Assembly (NCBI GenBank): GCA_964458565.1
Contig: CAYWJO010000027.1
Coordinates: 1 to 46,407, forward strand
From: an uncultured archaeon
GTDB lineage: Archaea > Asgardarchaeota > Thorarchaeia > Thorarchaeales > Thorarchaeaceae
Length of the DNA stretch: 46,407 bases
Direction: 5' to 3'
A model generated the notes under the pieces. The model was not told the DNA's origin. It ran no database searches and worked only from the letters and a program-made list of their open reading frames with translations. The first letter of the stretch is position 1. Each line of letters opens with the position of its first letter. Below, piece by piece: positions 1 to 8,816 of this stretch. A program made the translations under genes and the position numbers.

Positions 1-1842
1 TTCAATACTCAACAATCTACCAAATCCCGTAGCTATAGCATCGACAAGATCTATTGATTCAAGCTCCTCTTCCGAGAATCTCTCTCCGGATATCAATGCT
101 CCAGCATGTTTAGCTAACTCATCTGCAAAAGAAATATCTTCAAGAGATTTGGAAATCGTGATGAGTTTTTCATCACCCAGATTCGAGTCCATACTGAGAT
201 TCTCCAACGCATCAATTGCGGATTTGTGATGAGAAGTTATATTGTCCGCCACAAGCTGTGAATAAGATGCTACACGCTCGCGTACATTTCTTAAACTCAT
301 GTTTTCAATAAGGTACATTCTAGTGAGGACGATAGGGAATAGGAAAACACAAACTGCCATCACTGCTTCACTTACCCACCATCCTGCTGTCCACACTGGG
401 AAGTTTGCTTTTAGGATACCAACGACAAGCCAAATTGTTATTGAACCCGCTCCGATTGAATCGAATGAAAATTCGCCTCCATAAATTCCAGCAAGAAGTA
501 GGATGAAATTCAATACTACAAAGAGTGAGAGGTAGCTTATTGAAAGGAGTAATGCTATACTAATACTACTTTGCGCAAATCCAAATGAGAATTGCGCGTG
601 GATGAACTCTCCAATAAATATCATGAACGCAAATATTCCAACAATCAGATAGTTGAATTTCTTCCTTGATTGATAATCCTCTTCAGTTATCGGTGAAAGC
701 GTTACTCGAGTTGCATAAAATAGGGCGAATAATGAAGCGACCCCTCCGAACATATATGGTAATATCAACCCTGTTTCAATACCAATGAGATATAATATTG
801 AAGAGATTCCAAGTGAGATTTCAGCAATTGACCAGAATGCTAGAGCGAGAACAATTGGATTGCGATATGGCATAATCTTGTATTTGGTTCTAACCGAAAG
901 AGAGTAAGAAAGTACTCCTGCAAAAATCGCTCCACCTATGTGAATCAGTGTGGTTGCTCCAATATCTGGAAGGTAGTCAACTACAACCTGTGACTCGATT
1001 AGTTTTGTGAATAGAAAGGGGAGAACTACAAGTGCACATATCCCAGCAGCTATTCCATATGCAATATCCTCAGATATCCCAATATGTGTGAGGAATGGAT
1101 ATGCTGTTGCAATAATAGCAAAGATAAATGATATCGCCATCAACACAATCGCGAATAACCAAAGCGAGTTAGGTGCTGGCAATATAGTAATTAGAACTAG
1201 TGACGATGCAGCAAGGATAATAAATGAGATACCTAATCTGATTGGATCGTGTGATTCTACGGTTCGATGATGAGTGACTAGGAGTACAGCCGCTGCTAGG
1301 TATGACACAATAGCAAATACTCCAATACAATAACCTCCTATAAGAAAAATCCATTCTTCAATTGGTAAGCGTGTCACATACATGAATAATACAAAAATCG
1401 TTGTTCCCAAGATAACAATAATTGGGGAAGCCCATCTCCTGTTCCAGATTGAGTTTTCTTGGAGTACAGTCCTTTCAAGATAGCTGTAGATGACCATAAT
1501 CACACCTGTTGAAGCAAGTGCGATTAGGTTAAGGAAAATCCCAGCTGTTGTTGCTTGGATAGCTTGGACCTCTGGTGTGAAAACATAATAGATTGATGCG
1601 CCACCAAAGATCATCGACGCATAGCCAGTCCCAGCTGCAAAAATATAATGTGATGGAGTTGGATCAGTTTTTGTCCTATTTAATGCACATACAGTTATCG
1701 TAATTGTGAGAAAAGCAAGAACAGAATAAAATATCGTCGAGGATTCAGGTGTATTCCATGTAGGATTACTTAGGAGGAAGATAACAAGTCCTCCAAACAT
1801 AACCGCAAAGCCTGCGATAATTCTACGATTCTCTAACACCAT
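1..1842 (-). CDS. Multi-pass membrane sensor protein with histidine-kinase-like C-terminal region (3' end runs off the window)
   Basis: Missing from the ORF track because it is truncated. ATG at 1842 (MVLENRRIIAGFAVMFGGLVIFLLS...); the frame was open in every block I checked down to base 1. About 510 aa of hydrophobic helices, then a coiled region SQLVADNITSHHKSAIDALENL and ESIDLVDAI, resembling a HisKA/HATPase junction. Confidence 0.75.
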   Translation of the reverse strand, partial: MVLENRRIIAGFAVMFGGLVIFLLSNPTWNTPESSTIFYSVLAFLTITITVCALNRTKTDPTPSHYIFAAGTGYASMIFGGASIYYVFTPEVQAIQATTAGIFLNLIALASTGVIMVIYSYLERTVLQENSIWNRRWASPIIVILGTTIFVLFMYVTRLPIEEWIFLIGGYCIGVFAIVSYLAAAVLLVTHHRTVESHDPIRLGISFIILAASSLVLITILPAPNSLWLFAIVLMAISFIFAIIATAYPFLTHIGISEDIAYGIAAGICALVVLPFLFTKLIESQVVVDYLPDIGATTLIHIGGAIFAGVLSYSLSVRTKYKIMPYRNPIVLALAFWSIAEISLGISSILYLIGIETGLILPYMFGGVASLFALFYATRVTLSPITEEDYQSRKKFNYLIVGIFAFMIFIGEFIHAQFSFGFAQSSISIALLLSISYLSLFVVLNFILLLAGIYGGEFSFDSIGAGSITIWLVVGILKANFPVWTAGWWVSEAVMAVCVFLFPIVLTRMYLIENMSLRNVRERVASYSQLVADNITSHHKSAIDALENLSMDSNLGDEKLITISKSLEDISFADELAKHAGALISGERFSEEELESIDLVDAIATGFGRLLSIE

Positions 1843-1971
1843 ATCGAGTGGTCTCCAAACTACACTACATTGTTTTTACAGCTAAATGTAGTGAAAAACA
1901 TTGTGAGAATTCAATTCCACAAAATCTCATGTGGTTTCTTAAAATTGATATCGAACTTAATAAAAATCAGA

Positions 1972-1993
1972 GATGAGGGAAACTCCCCTCATC
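1972..1993 (-). terminator. Hairpin GATGAGGG-N6-CCCTCATC followed by T-rich tract on minus strand
   Basis: 8-bp perfect stem just downstream of the 2001..2366 stop codon. Confidence 0.55.
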
Positions 1994-2000
1994 AATGTGC

Positions 2001-2366
2001 TTATACTTGGAAATATTGTTTGACTGCTGGAACGTTTAGATAGACTAGTGTTAGTACTGAGAGTGTTATTCCCTCTAACCAAAATATAGAGAACGCATAG
2101 AGTGCGATCGCAATAAGATTCAGGAAAACTGCCCATGTCCAAGCTTCTCCTTTTCCATCCATAAGCGCCTTAGCAATCCAAAATGCAATTAATGCAACCA
2201 CAAGGCCAAGAGCTGATTCCATATTCTCATAAACTGCGATTCCAAATCCAGCTGTTGCAAGACCTAAAAATGCATTTATTATTAGAAGGAATACTGCAAT
2301 CGTTACTTGAATTGGTCTTTCTGATGTTGTTCCGGTAACGCCACCTGGCATTGGTATTTCTGCCAT
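2001..2366 (-). CDS. Small 3-4 TM membrane protein, function unknown
   Basis: Hydrophobic helices; AGGTGA-type RBS upstream. Confidence 0.75.
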   Translation of the reverse strand: MAEIPMPGGVTGTTSERPIQVTIAVFLLIINAFLGLATAGFGIAVYENMESALGLVVALIAFWIAKALMDGKGEAWTWAVFLNLIAIALYAFSIFWLEGITLSVLTLVYLNVPAVKQYFQV

Positions 2367-2446
2367 GATATCACCTACTCTATTTCGGTTCGCATTGCTC
2401 CTAAATACTATTTCGGATAATCGTAGTTTTCATTTTTTCCGATTTT

Positions 2447-3028
2447 TTATGTCTTATTACTCCTTCCGACTTCTCTGAACTCTTTCATCAGATCAATCAT
2501 ATTGCCAAACATGTCTACTATGTTCTCGCCAGTCAAGGCTGAAGTCTCCCAAAATATCGCAGGAACATTGAGTCTGTCAATATAGAACTGAGTGAACCGC
2601 CCTCCCTCCTCAGTTGTTACAATTTCATTTGATGGATACTCTGACCGTAGGTCTATTTTATTAGCTATTATTGCAGTGGGTGGAAGTTTACCTATATGTT
2701 TGAAGGCTTCTACCAGCCATTTGGATGCATTGTCAAATGAATCGCGGTCTACAACTGAGTACACAAAATTAATCCCACTCGATCCCTTATAGTAATGGCT
2801 CCGTACACTTTTGAATGAAGGTTGTCCTGCAAGGTCCCAGATAACAAGTCTGACCGCCCCTCCTCTATGAGATATGTACCGTTGAGCAAAGTCGACTCCG
2901 ATTGTTGGAAGATGGCTCTTCTTGAAACCCTCTCCAAGATAATTTCGTCTTATACTGGTCTTTCCTACTGCACCGTCTCCAATCAATACGATCTTAAACA
3001 TCATTTCTTTTGGTGGATTTGCTGCCAT
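2447..3028 (-). CDS. Rab-like small GTPase (Ras superfamily)
   Basis: G1 GDGAVGKTS, G2 PTIGVDF, G3 WDLAGQ, G4 NKID, G5 ETSAL; no C-terminal Cys. Confidence 0.95.
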   Translation of the reverse strand: MAANPPKEMMFKIVLIGDGAVGKTSIRRNYLGEGFKKSHLPTIGVDFAQRYISHRGGAVRLVIWDLAGQPSFKSVRSHYYKGSSGINFVYSVVDRDSFDNASKWLVEAFKHIGKLPPTAIIANKIDLRSEYPSNEIVTTEEGGRFTQFYIDRLNVPAIFWETSALTGENIVDMFGNMIDLMKEFREVGRSNKT

Positions 3029-3153
3029 TATTTACCACTAATTATACACTGATTAGATTAATCGTACTCGCTAATTGAAATAAAAGGTATAGCCTATTTA
3101 CATGACAGCAGGTTGATATAGGTCCTATGAGATAATGCCATGATGGATATCAT

Positions 3154-3375
3154 TTGATGAAAAAAAGTGAAACAGGTCGATACGAAAACAAAACAACAAA
3201 TGAGTTTTGGATTGCAGAAGTGAATGGTAGATTCGTTACGATACAATTTGGTAATATTGGAAGTGAAGGTTATAGAGCATCTCGTGAATTCTCTACATAT
3301 GAACAAGCTATTGCATTTGCAATTAAACGACTTGAGGCTAAAATCGAGGAAGGATATAGACGTCCTGAAACCTAA
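3154..3375 (+). CDS. Stand-alone WGR-domain protein
   Basis: FWIAEVNG..VTIQFGNIGSEG....F...EQA......L..KIEEGY is the typical WGR pattern (W-G-R appears as F-G-N). Confidence 0.85.
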   Translation: MMKKSETGRYENKTTNEFWIAEVNGRFVTIQFGNIGSEGYRASREFSTYEQAIAFAIKRLEAKIEEGYRRPET

Positions 3376-3431
3376 AATCTGGACATTCATCCTCCGATAG
3401 TGATATAGCCAATGAATCCTTCCTTCTTCTG

Positions 3432-4238
3432 ATGTCACCGTATTCTTGGAGTAAGAGACCTCATAGGAATTCTGCGGAGGTTGAAAGATTCATTCAAGAT
3501 TATCTATCATCTACTTCCTACGAGGGTATAAGCGGGGCAACTCCGTTCCAACCAGTTTACAAAGAGGCACTTGCTGTCCAGCAAGCCTACCTGAGAAGCA
3601 TCTTGAAAGATCGCTTGGGCTCATTTATAAAAAATGGTTCACTCATTTCAATAGGAATCGCATATCATAAATCAACCATAGATTGTATCAATCAGCGAGT
3701 AAATAATAGAATTGATTACAATACTTGGAACTTGTATGCCGGCGAATACGAGGTTCTCAATTCTATACTTAACGAAATTGCTGAAAAAGTTGCTCAGGAA
3801 ATTGATGGAATAGCTATCCCTGCAACAACATCAATACCAACATATGCTGTAAATCATGTCAGTGACTACTATCCAACAACTCTATCTCATCGATTAGTCG
3901 CTCTAAAATCAGGACTAGGATGGCGGGGGAAAAACAGTTTGATTATCCATCCAAAGTTTAGTTGTGCAGTCCGTTTTACTTCGGTCCTTACGGAGCTTCC
4001 GTTGGTGCCTGGTGAAGAGATTGATTCAATGTGTGGCGATTGTACTGCTTGTGAGGAAGTATGCACTTTTATCAAGTTCAGAAAATCATTACCTGATTAT
4101 CGAGAGAATTGCCGGAGATACTTATCTCATCTCGGTAGGCAAGGAATTACAGCTGCAGTTTGCGGGAAATGTATTCAAGCATGTTTTCGACATGGTCTAC
4201 TGAAGGATAACTTCGAATCTATAGGGAGAAATACGTGA
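3432..4238 (+). CDS. Epoxyqueuosine reductase (QueG)-like / reductive-dehalogenase-superfamily 2x[4Fe-4S] protein
   Basis: SHRLVALKSGLGWRGKNSLIIHPKF cobalamin-region motif; CGDCTACEEVC and C...CGKCIQAC. Confidence 0.85.
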   Translation: MSPYSWSKRPHRNSAEVERFIQDYLSSTSYEGISGATPFQPVYKEALAVQQAYLRSILKDRLGSFIKNGSLISIGIAYHKSTIDCINQRVNNRIDYNTWNLYAGEYEVLNSILNEIAEKVAQEIDGIAIPATTSIPTYAVNHVSDYYPTTLSHRLVALKSGLGWRGKNSLIIHPKFSCAVRFTSVLTELPLVPGEEIDSMCGDCTACEEVCTFIKFRKSLPDYRENCRRYLSHLGRQGITAAVCGKCIQACFRHGLLKDNFESIGRNT

Positions 4239-4243
4239 TCTAT

Positions 4244-5521
4244 TCATTCTGGATATAAATCAAAAACCTGAGTTCCACTAGATTCAGCTGGATGTTCTAG
4301 TAGGTCATTCAGGTATCTTGTTGTACCGGTATCTAATATTTCAGTAATAATCTCAATAAGTTGTCCATCTAGGTTCAAACTGTCTGCTAGCTGTCCCTCT
4401 CTTCTTAATGTATGCAATTCACCAACTCCACTTTCCAGTTTCTTTGCTATTTCATGGAATGGCTGGCTTTTGTTCCACGGAAGTCCTAACATCATCGATT
4501 GATAGAATACAATGTCTAAAAGAACATCAAGTACTCTGTAATTGCTCTCATGGTCTCCTGGGAGAGTATGGCGAATAGAACGGTCTCTTATCCCCACTTT
4601 CTTGCAAATATGATGACCATTCCAAATTACATTACCTCTGAGTTTACTCCAAATGGGTATTCCATATGCATGGTTATTCGAATAAGCCTCCTTGATTCTT
4701 TCATACTGTTCTGGGAATCTCTTCTTTGCGATATTCATGAATTGTTCTTTCTGTCTTCCGGGTTTTAATGTCATTCCACCAAATTGAATAAATTCAGCAC
4801 CAACTTTCTTGGCTTCTTTTGCGAGAGCTGTCATATTCGCTTCATCATCACCAATCCATGGAACGACTGGAGTGCTCATGACTCCACCAAAGAGACCCGC
4901 CTTTCGAATTTCCTTCAAAGCTGCAAATCGTTCTGAGGTTGTGGATGCTTTTGGTTCTAATATTTTTTGAACCTCTTCGTCGTAGGTCGTAATTGTAAAG
5001 ATGACATTCACAAACGCCTCTTTGTGTAATTCCTTGAGAAGGTCGAGATCTCTCAATACAAGGTCTGATTTTGTGAGGATCATTGTAGGCATTCGAAAAT
5101 CTAGGAGAACTTCTAAGACTTTTTGAGTAAGTTTGAATTCACGCTCAGTTGGCTGATAGCTATCTGACACACCTCCACTTGCCCCTATCACAATCTTTCG
5201 AGGTATCTTCATTGCAAGACGTTTTGCATCCTCGGGATCAAGGAATGACCACAGCGTTTCTGTTTCAAGAGAACTCTGTGAAGTGTATCCTAATCTCTTC
5301 AGCTCTTTTCGAAGAATCTTAGGTGCATTCTCTTTAACACGAATGTGTGTGTAGAAATCATCAATACGATAATATTGACAAAACCCATCGCAATATACAC
5401 ATCCATGTTCGCACCCTCTATAGAGATTCATGGAACGATTAGTATGAAACCATCCATCAGCCACTATTGGTTTTGATAGGAGTGTTTTTGCTTGAGTTTT
5501 CTCATATCTCATGTCAGACAC
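4244..5521 (-). CDS. Radical SAM protein, spore-photoproduct-lyase-like (Rv2578c/SplB-type), with C-terminal helix-hairpin-helix-like domain
   Basis: NLYRGCEHGCVYCDG (CxxxCxxC), SDSYQP.E, ILTKSDLVLRDLD; tail IITEILDTG resembles the PolX N-terminal HhH domain. Confidence 0.85.
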   Translation of the reverse strand: MSDMRYEKTQAKTLLSKPIVADGWFHTNRSMNLYRGCEHGCVYCDGFCQYYRIDDFYTHIRVKENAPKILRKELKRLGYTSQSSLETETLWSFLDPEDAKRLAMKIPRKIVIGASGGVSDSYQPTEREFKLTQKVLEVLLDFRMPTMILTKSDLVLRDLDLLKELHKEAFVNVIFTITTYDEEVQKILEPKASTTSERFAALKEIRKAGLFGGVMSTPVVPWIGDDEANMTALAKEAKKVGAEFIQFGGMTLKPGRQKEQFMNIAKKRFPEQYERIKEAYSNNHAYGIPIWSKLRGNVIWNGHHICKKVGIRDRSIRHTLPGDHESNYRVLDVLLDIVFYQSMMLGLPWNKSQPFHEIAKKLESGVGELHTLRREGQLADSLNLDGQLIEIITEILDTGTTRYLNDLLEHPAESSGTQVFDLYPE

Positions 5522-5621
5522 ACCTTAGATTTTGATAAGAGAACACCATAGTATTGATTCTTACTCTCTGTTTAACAGAGCTGTCTAAATATCTTCCATT
5601 GGTGATACTCTGCATGATATT

Positions 5622-6974
5622 TCATTGAATAGCAGATATGGTGTACTCTACAGGCCCTGAAAGTGTGTGTATTTCTAGAGATCTTTTTGCGAGATTGGGG
5701 TCTTTCATTTTACTATTAATGCTCTGAATAATGTATTTTTGAAGCCCAATTGATACATCAGGACAGATTTCACCTTTCAATGATTGCTGAACTCTTCCCC
5801 CAACTTTTCTAATTGCTTCTTCAATCTCTATATATCTAGACAATGATGTCATAGCTTCATTGATGTCCAGTGCATTAAGAATCGTATATCCATATTCCGT
5901 TAACCAGAGATGTCGGAGATCGATACTATTGCTCTTTTTCAAAATTCTCAGGTTCTCAAGTTCTTTTCTTCTGCATTCTAAAATTAATGGAACCAGTTTA
6001 GAAGCTTTTGAAATTTTCAACTTCTCTATATTCATAAAAAGCGTTAATCCTCCTCTTCTCAGTTGATCTGTTAAAAGATGAATTGTGCGATCATAGATGA
6101 CTTCTTTGATTGCAGACATACTCATCCCTAACTCTATGTCTCCGATAATATCATTGAGTGGACCATCATATATTCCTAATTCGGAAATTCCAAGTGCTCT
6201 TAGAATCAATCTCTGTATCGGAAAAAGGCATTCACCCTCACCAATAGAATCGATGTACTTATCCACTACTTTCATGATGAGATTCCAAACACTCAGTTCA
6301 ACACATTGATTTGGCTGTGAATTCCACATTTCCTCATTTTGCTGTATTAAGTGGTAGCTATCTACAACACGACACGAAATATCCTTCAATAGCCTTCTTT
6401 TAGTCCCTATCATTGCTAAAGGTGTTACATCTATTTCATTCAGATTGTTATTCTCCAAGTATAGGTCTTTGAGATTAACGCAGAATAAAAGTGGATTCAA
6501 ATCGATCTTAGTCAATTGATTGCTAGAAACATCTAGCATCTCCAAAGATTTAGCTCCTGCTAATGGCGACAAGTCGATTTCTGTCATGTTATTATTATCA
6601 ATTCGAAATCCTGTGAGGTTTCTGATATCTCTCAATGGTTCTAAATCAATTAGAGTCAATTGGTTAGCTCCAAGATCAAGAAAAACAAGACTTTTGCAGT
6701 TGGAAATGGGGTTTAAATCAACGGATGTCAAAAGATTGAAGCTCAAATTAATGTGCTTCATCTCATGACAACAGGAAATAGTATCCAGTTCAATAGATTT
6801 CAATCCATTATTTTGCAAATACAGTATCTTCAAATCAGGAAAATCTGAGATGAAAGAGAGATCGATATCCCTTATATGATGTCGAGCAAGATTCAGCGAT
6901 TTAATTTCTTCATTCACTAATTTTGATTGTTGTTGATTATCGGTATCAGTATATGTTATCTCAATCATGCCCAT
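5622..6974 (-). CDS. Leucine-rich repeat protein with C-terminal domain of unknown function
   Basis: About 7 repeats of about 24 aa, LxxLxLxxNxLxxIDLxPL. Confidence 0.9.
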   Translation of the reverse strand: MGMIEITYTDTDNQQQSKLVNEEIKSLNLARHHIRDIDLSFISDFPDLKILYLQNNGLKSIELDTISCCHEMKHINLSFNLLTSVDLNPISNCKSLVFLDLGANQLTLIDLEPLRDIRNLTGFRIDNNNMTEIDLSPLAGAKSLEMLDVSSNQLTKIDLNPLLFCVNLKDLYLENNNLNEIDVTPLAMIGTKRRLLKDISCRVVDSYHLIQQNEEMWNSQPNQCVELSVWNLIMKVVDKYIDSIGEGECLFPIQRLILRALGISELGIYDGPLNDIIGDIELGMSMSAIKEVIYDRTIHLLTDQLRRGGLTLFMNIEKLKISKASKLVPLILECRRKELENLRILKKSNSIDLRHLWLTEYGYTILNALDINEAMTSLSRYIEIEEAIRKVGGRVQQSLKGEICPDVSIGLQKYIIQSINSKMKDPNLAKRSLEIHTLSGPVEYTISAIQ

Positions 6975-7270
6975 TTCCCTAATCTACTATACTGATTGCT
7001 ATTGATAAAGACCACAAATTTCTGATAATGCAAGAGTAAATGTTATCGTCACAATTCGTTGTTACGAAAATCAATGTTCACTACCACAAAACCTCGTTTC
7101 ACAAGCTCAAATGACAATAGCTGCATGCATTGTTTGTTTTCACAGAATCCATATCCAACTACAGCAACAGGACAGTTAGTCATCTACTCTACCGAAACGA
7201 CTATAATAGGACAAAAATTGACGCGCTCAATTCTATGTTCATCTTATTGAACAAAAGGGACCGAACGACG

Positions 7271-7534
7271 ATGGCAGCAGACTGTTCAGATGGACTCTGT
7301 AAGTTAAAGATACAGGCAATTGACAATGCTATTGGTTATCATAAAAGTAAGTGGCATGTGCTATTGAGTTCTACGCCAAGCACAAATGATGTTGAGAATG
7401 CTCTTCAGTTCTGTGAAGTCTTCCAAATTGAAGCAAGAGTTCGTGAAACGCCTGACGGATTTGAAGTATTGGCACGAGATTTCAATCAATACGGAATTAT
7501 CCGTAGCAAAGTTCTATTCTTGGACATGTTCTAG
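7271..7534 (+). CDS. Hypothetical protein (likely start MAADCSDG at 7271; ORF track extends it to 7130)
   Basis: Protein-like composition from ATG 7271; no recognisable motif. Confidence 0.5.
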   Translation: MAADCSDGLCKLKIQAIDNAIGYHKSKWHVLLSSTPSTNDVENALQFCEVFQIEARVRETPDGFEVLARDFNQYGIIRSKVLFLDMF

Positions 7535-7643
7535 ATTTCTATAAAGTGCAGTGCTGGAATCTCTAAAGCTAGTTTTCTGATGAGAGCAATTATTTGCTGT
7601 AAACAGTTAATCAATACTACTAGATTAGATTGATTGTGAGGGG

Positions 7644-8087
7644 ATGCACATGTCAAAGGAATACCCTGAAGCTATGGATATGGCGACTCTTTTGGAATAT
7701 CTCAGAGAATTTCCACTAGCGCATCTGGCAACAATTGATGGTGACCAACCTAGAGTAAGAGCTATGGCGTTGATAGTCCATAATGATGAATTATGGTTAT
7801 CCACTAAAACCGTCTGGGATAAGGTTAGACAGCTTGAAGAAAATAATAGAATTGAGTTGTCTATTGGAATTAAGGGAGAATCTGGGACAGGTACTGCAAG
7901 AGTTACAGGAAGAGCTATTAAAATTAATGATAATAAAATCAGATCTGAATTAGCAGAAGCCATTCCATGGTTCTCACGGTACTGGTCTTCGCATGATTCA
8001 GATCTATTTGGATTATACCGAATTGAAATCAGTAAAGTGCTGATTGACCATCCTGATGATGGGAAAAAGTATCATGTCCGATGTTAA
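7644..8087 (+). CDS. Pyridoxamine 5'-phosphate oxidase family (FMN split-barrel) protein
   Basis: AHLATIDGDQPRVRAM...LWLST....KVRQLEENNRIEL. Confidence 0.9.
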   Translation: MHMSKEYPEAMDMATLLEYLREFPLAHLATIDGDQPRVRAMALIVHNDELWLSTKTVWDKVRQLEENNRIELSIGIKGESGTGTARVTGRAIKINDNKIRSELAEAIPWFSRYWSSHDSDLFGLYRIEISKVLIDHPDDGKKYHVRC

Positions 8088-8209
8088 GAGAGTTTAACTT
8101 TCTTACCGTAACTTATTGGAGATTTTTCCATTAACCCTTTTCATTATTGAAGCCCATCCTTTAGAATCCATAATTATTCTGCAAACTTATCATGTCTACT
8201 TTATATTTA

Positions 8210-8227
8210 TATGTCGTTAACGACATA
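8210..8227. promoter_or_regulatory. Perfect 18-bp palindrome TATGTCGTTAACGACATA (ATGT-N8-ACAT), putative PadR operator directly after a TATA-like TTTATATTTAT
   Basis: Palindrome read directly; lies 26 nt upstream of the PadR ORF; ATGT-N8-ACAT is the known PadR-type operator layout. Confidence 0.75.
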
Positions 8228-8252
8228 GTTAACTACGTATTAAACGACAATT

Positions 8253-8804
8253 ATGAAGGTTTACAATATGTCACAAACACAGATGTCAAAATGGGTCAAA
8301 CAGACAGCCAGGGTACCACGAGGATATCTTCGGTACCAAGTTCTTACAATGCTGAGAGAAGGACCCAAGTCTGGTTCCGAGATTGCCGATCGAATAGAAC
8401 GTGAAACAGAAGGAGAGTATAGACCGGGCTCAGGGTCGATCTATCCAGTTCTAAAGAAACTATACACAAATGGATTCACGGAAAAGCTCCCCATTGAAGA
8501 TGGAGTACAAAGGTATCGCTTGACCGACCTAGGCAATTCATTCTTCGAGGAACATGTCGATATCATGGAGGAAGTCCGGAATAGACTTGACTCAATTGAA
8601 CTTCCCTTTGCTAATCTCTTCCAGAATAATCCACAATTTCGTATTTACTTCATGCGAATTTCAAAAGCAATGATGGCAATCAGTGAGCTTTCTAATGATG
8701 AATGGAGTCCAGATATACTAAATAAAATTGAGATGGTTGTTTCGAAAAGCGCAGATGAACTTGAATTAATTTTGAAGACTTTAAACTATGATAAACTATC
8801 TTAG
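8253..8804 (+). CDS. PadR family transcriptional regulator
   Basis: RGYLRYQVLTML.EGPKSGSEI...YRPGSGSIYPVLKKL...YRLTDLG. Confidence 0.92.
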   Translation: MKVYNMSQTQMSKWVKQTARVPRGYLRYQVLTMLREGPKSGSEIADRIERETEGEYRPGSGSIYPVLKKLYTNGFTEKLPIEDGVQRYRLTDLGNSFFEEHVDIMEEVRNRLDSIELPFANLFQNNPQFRIYFMRISKAMMAISELSNDEWSPDILNKIEMVVSKSADELELILKTLNYDKLS

Positions 8805-8816
8805 GAAGAATGTGAA

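Noticed and set aside
299-1354. Short ORFs 299..484, 1007..1270 and 1169..1354 (and similar overlapping ORFs throughout the track)
   Set aside because: Antisense or alternate-frame shadows of longer genes with recognisable motifs
1863-1893. Inverted repeat CACTACATT...AATGTAGTG upstream of the sensor gene
   Set aside because: Single 9-bp instance; could be an operator but there is no cognate regulator or second copy to support it
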